This document shows positions 63,901 through 64,000 of a stretch of 64,000 bases of DNA, piece after piece. Below the pieces are notes generated by a model, which worked only from the letters and a program-made list of their open reading frames with translations, was not told the DNA's origin and ran no database searches. Position 1 is the first letter of the stretch; every line of letters begins with the position of its first letter. Origin of the DNA: Felis catus (taxonomy: Eukaryota); NCBI RefSeq assembly GCF_018350175.1, contig NC_058383.1:24740001-24804000 (forward strand), written 5' to 3'. The position numbers and the translations under genes are program-made.

Positions 63901-64000
63901 TGAGAATCCTGACTAGAGGTTTACCAATTGTGTTTATTTTTTCAAAAAACCAACTCTTGGTTTCATTGATCTGCTCTACAGTTTTTTAAGATTCTATATT
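60976..64000 (-). mobile_element. Feline LINE-1: 3' ~3 kb (ORF2 RT and C-terminal region, 3'UTR, poly-A), disrupted; continues beyond window
   Basis: ORF track fragments with L1 ORF2 peptides ([32 protein letters not shown]); in-frame TGA near 63395 and frameshifts; T-rich tail ~60976-61010. Confidence 0.97.

Overview
Mammalian genomic DNA from a felid (dense feline CAN-SINE/SINEC_Fc and feline L1 copies) covering the conserved REXO5-ERI2-ACSM3 locus. REXO5 (minus strand; DEDDh exonuclease plus RRMs) has 17 coding exons here, from ATG 33332 to beyond base 1. ERI2 (plus strand; DEDDh exonuclease plus GRF zinc finger) is complete: 9 coding exons, 33869-41242, 678 aa. It is head-to-head with REXO5 across a CpG-island bidirectional promoter. 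ACSM3 (minus strand; medium-chain acyl-CoA synthetase) contributes its last 11 coding exons (59564 to stop at 42530) and is tail-to-tail with ERI2. All exon chains were read by hand and keep frame with GT-AG sites. Most interesting: (1) four AACGG (MYB-type) cores at exact 11-bp spacing, plus a CHR and inverted ETS sites, in the shared promoter; (2) degenerate plus-strand ERI2 alternative exons nested antisense inside ACSM3, one using a splice acceptor within an ACSM3 coding exon; (3) several unusual retroelement events. I found no convincing wholly new biological system. Gene identities and ortholog comparisons rely on recalled human protein sequences, not a database search.
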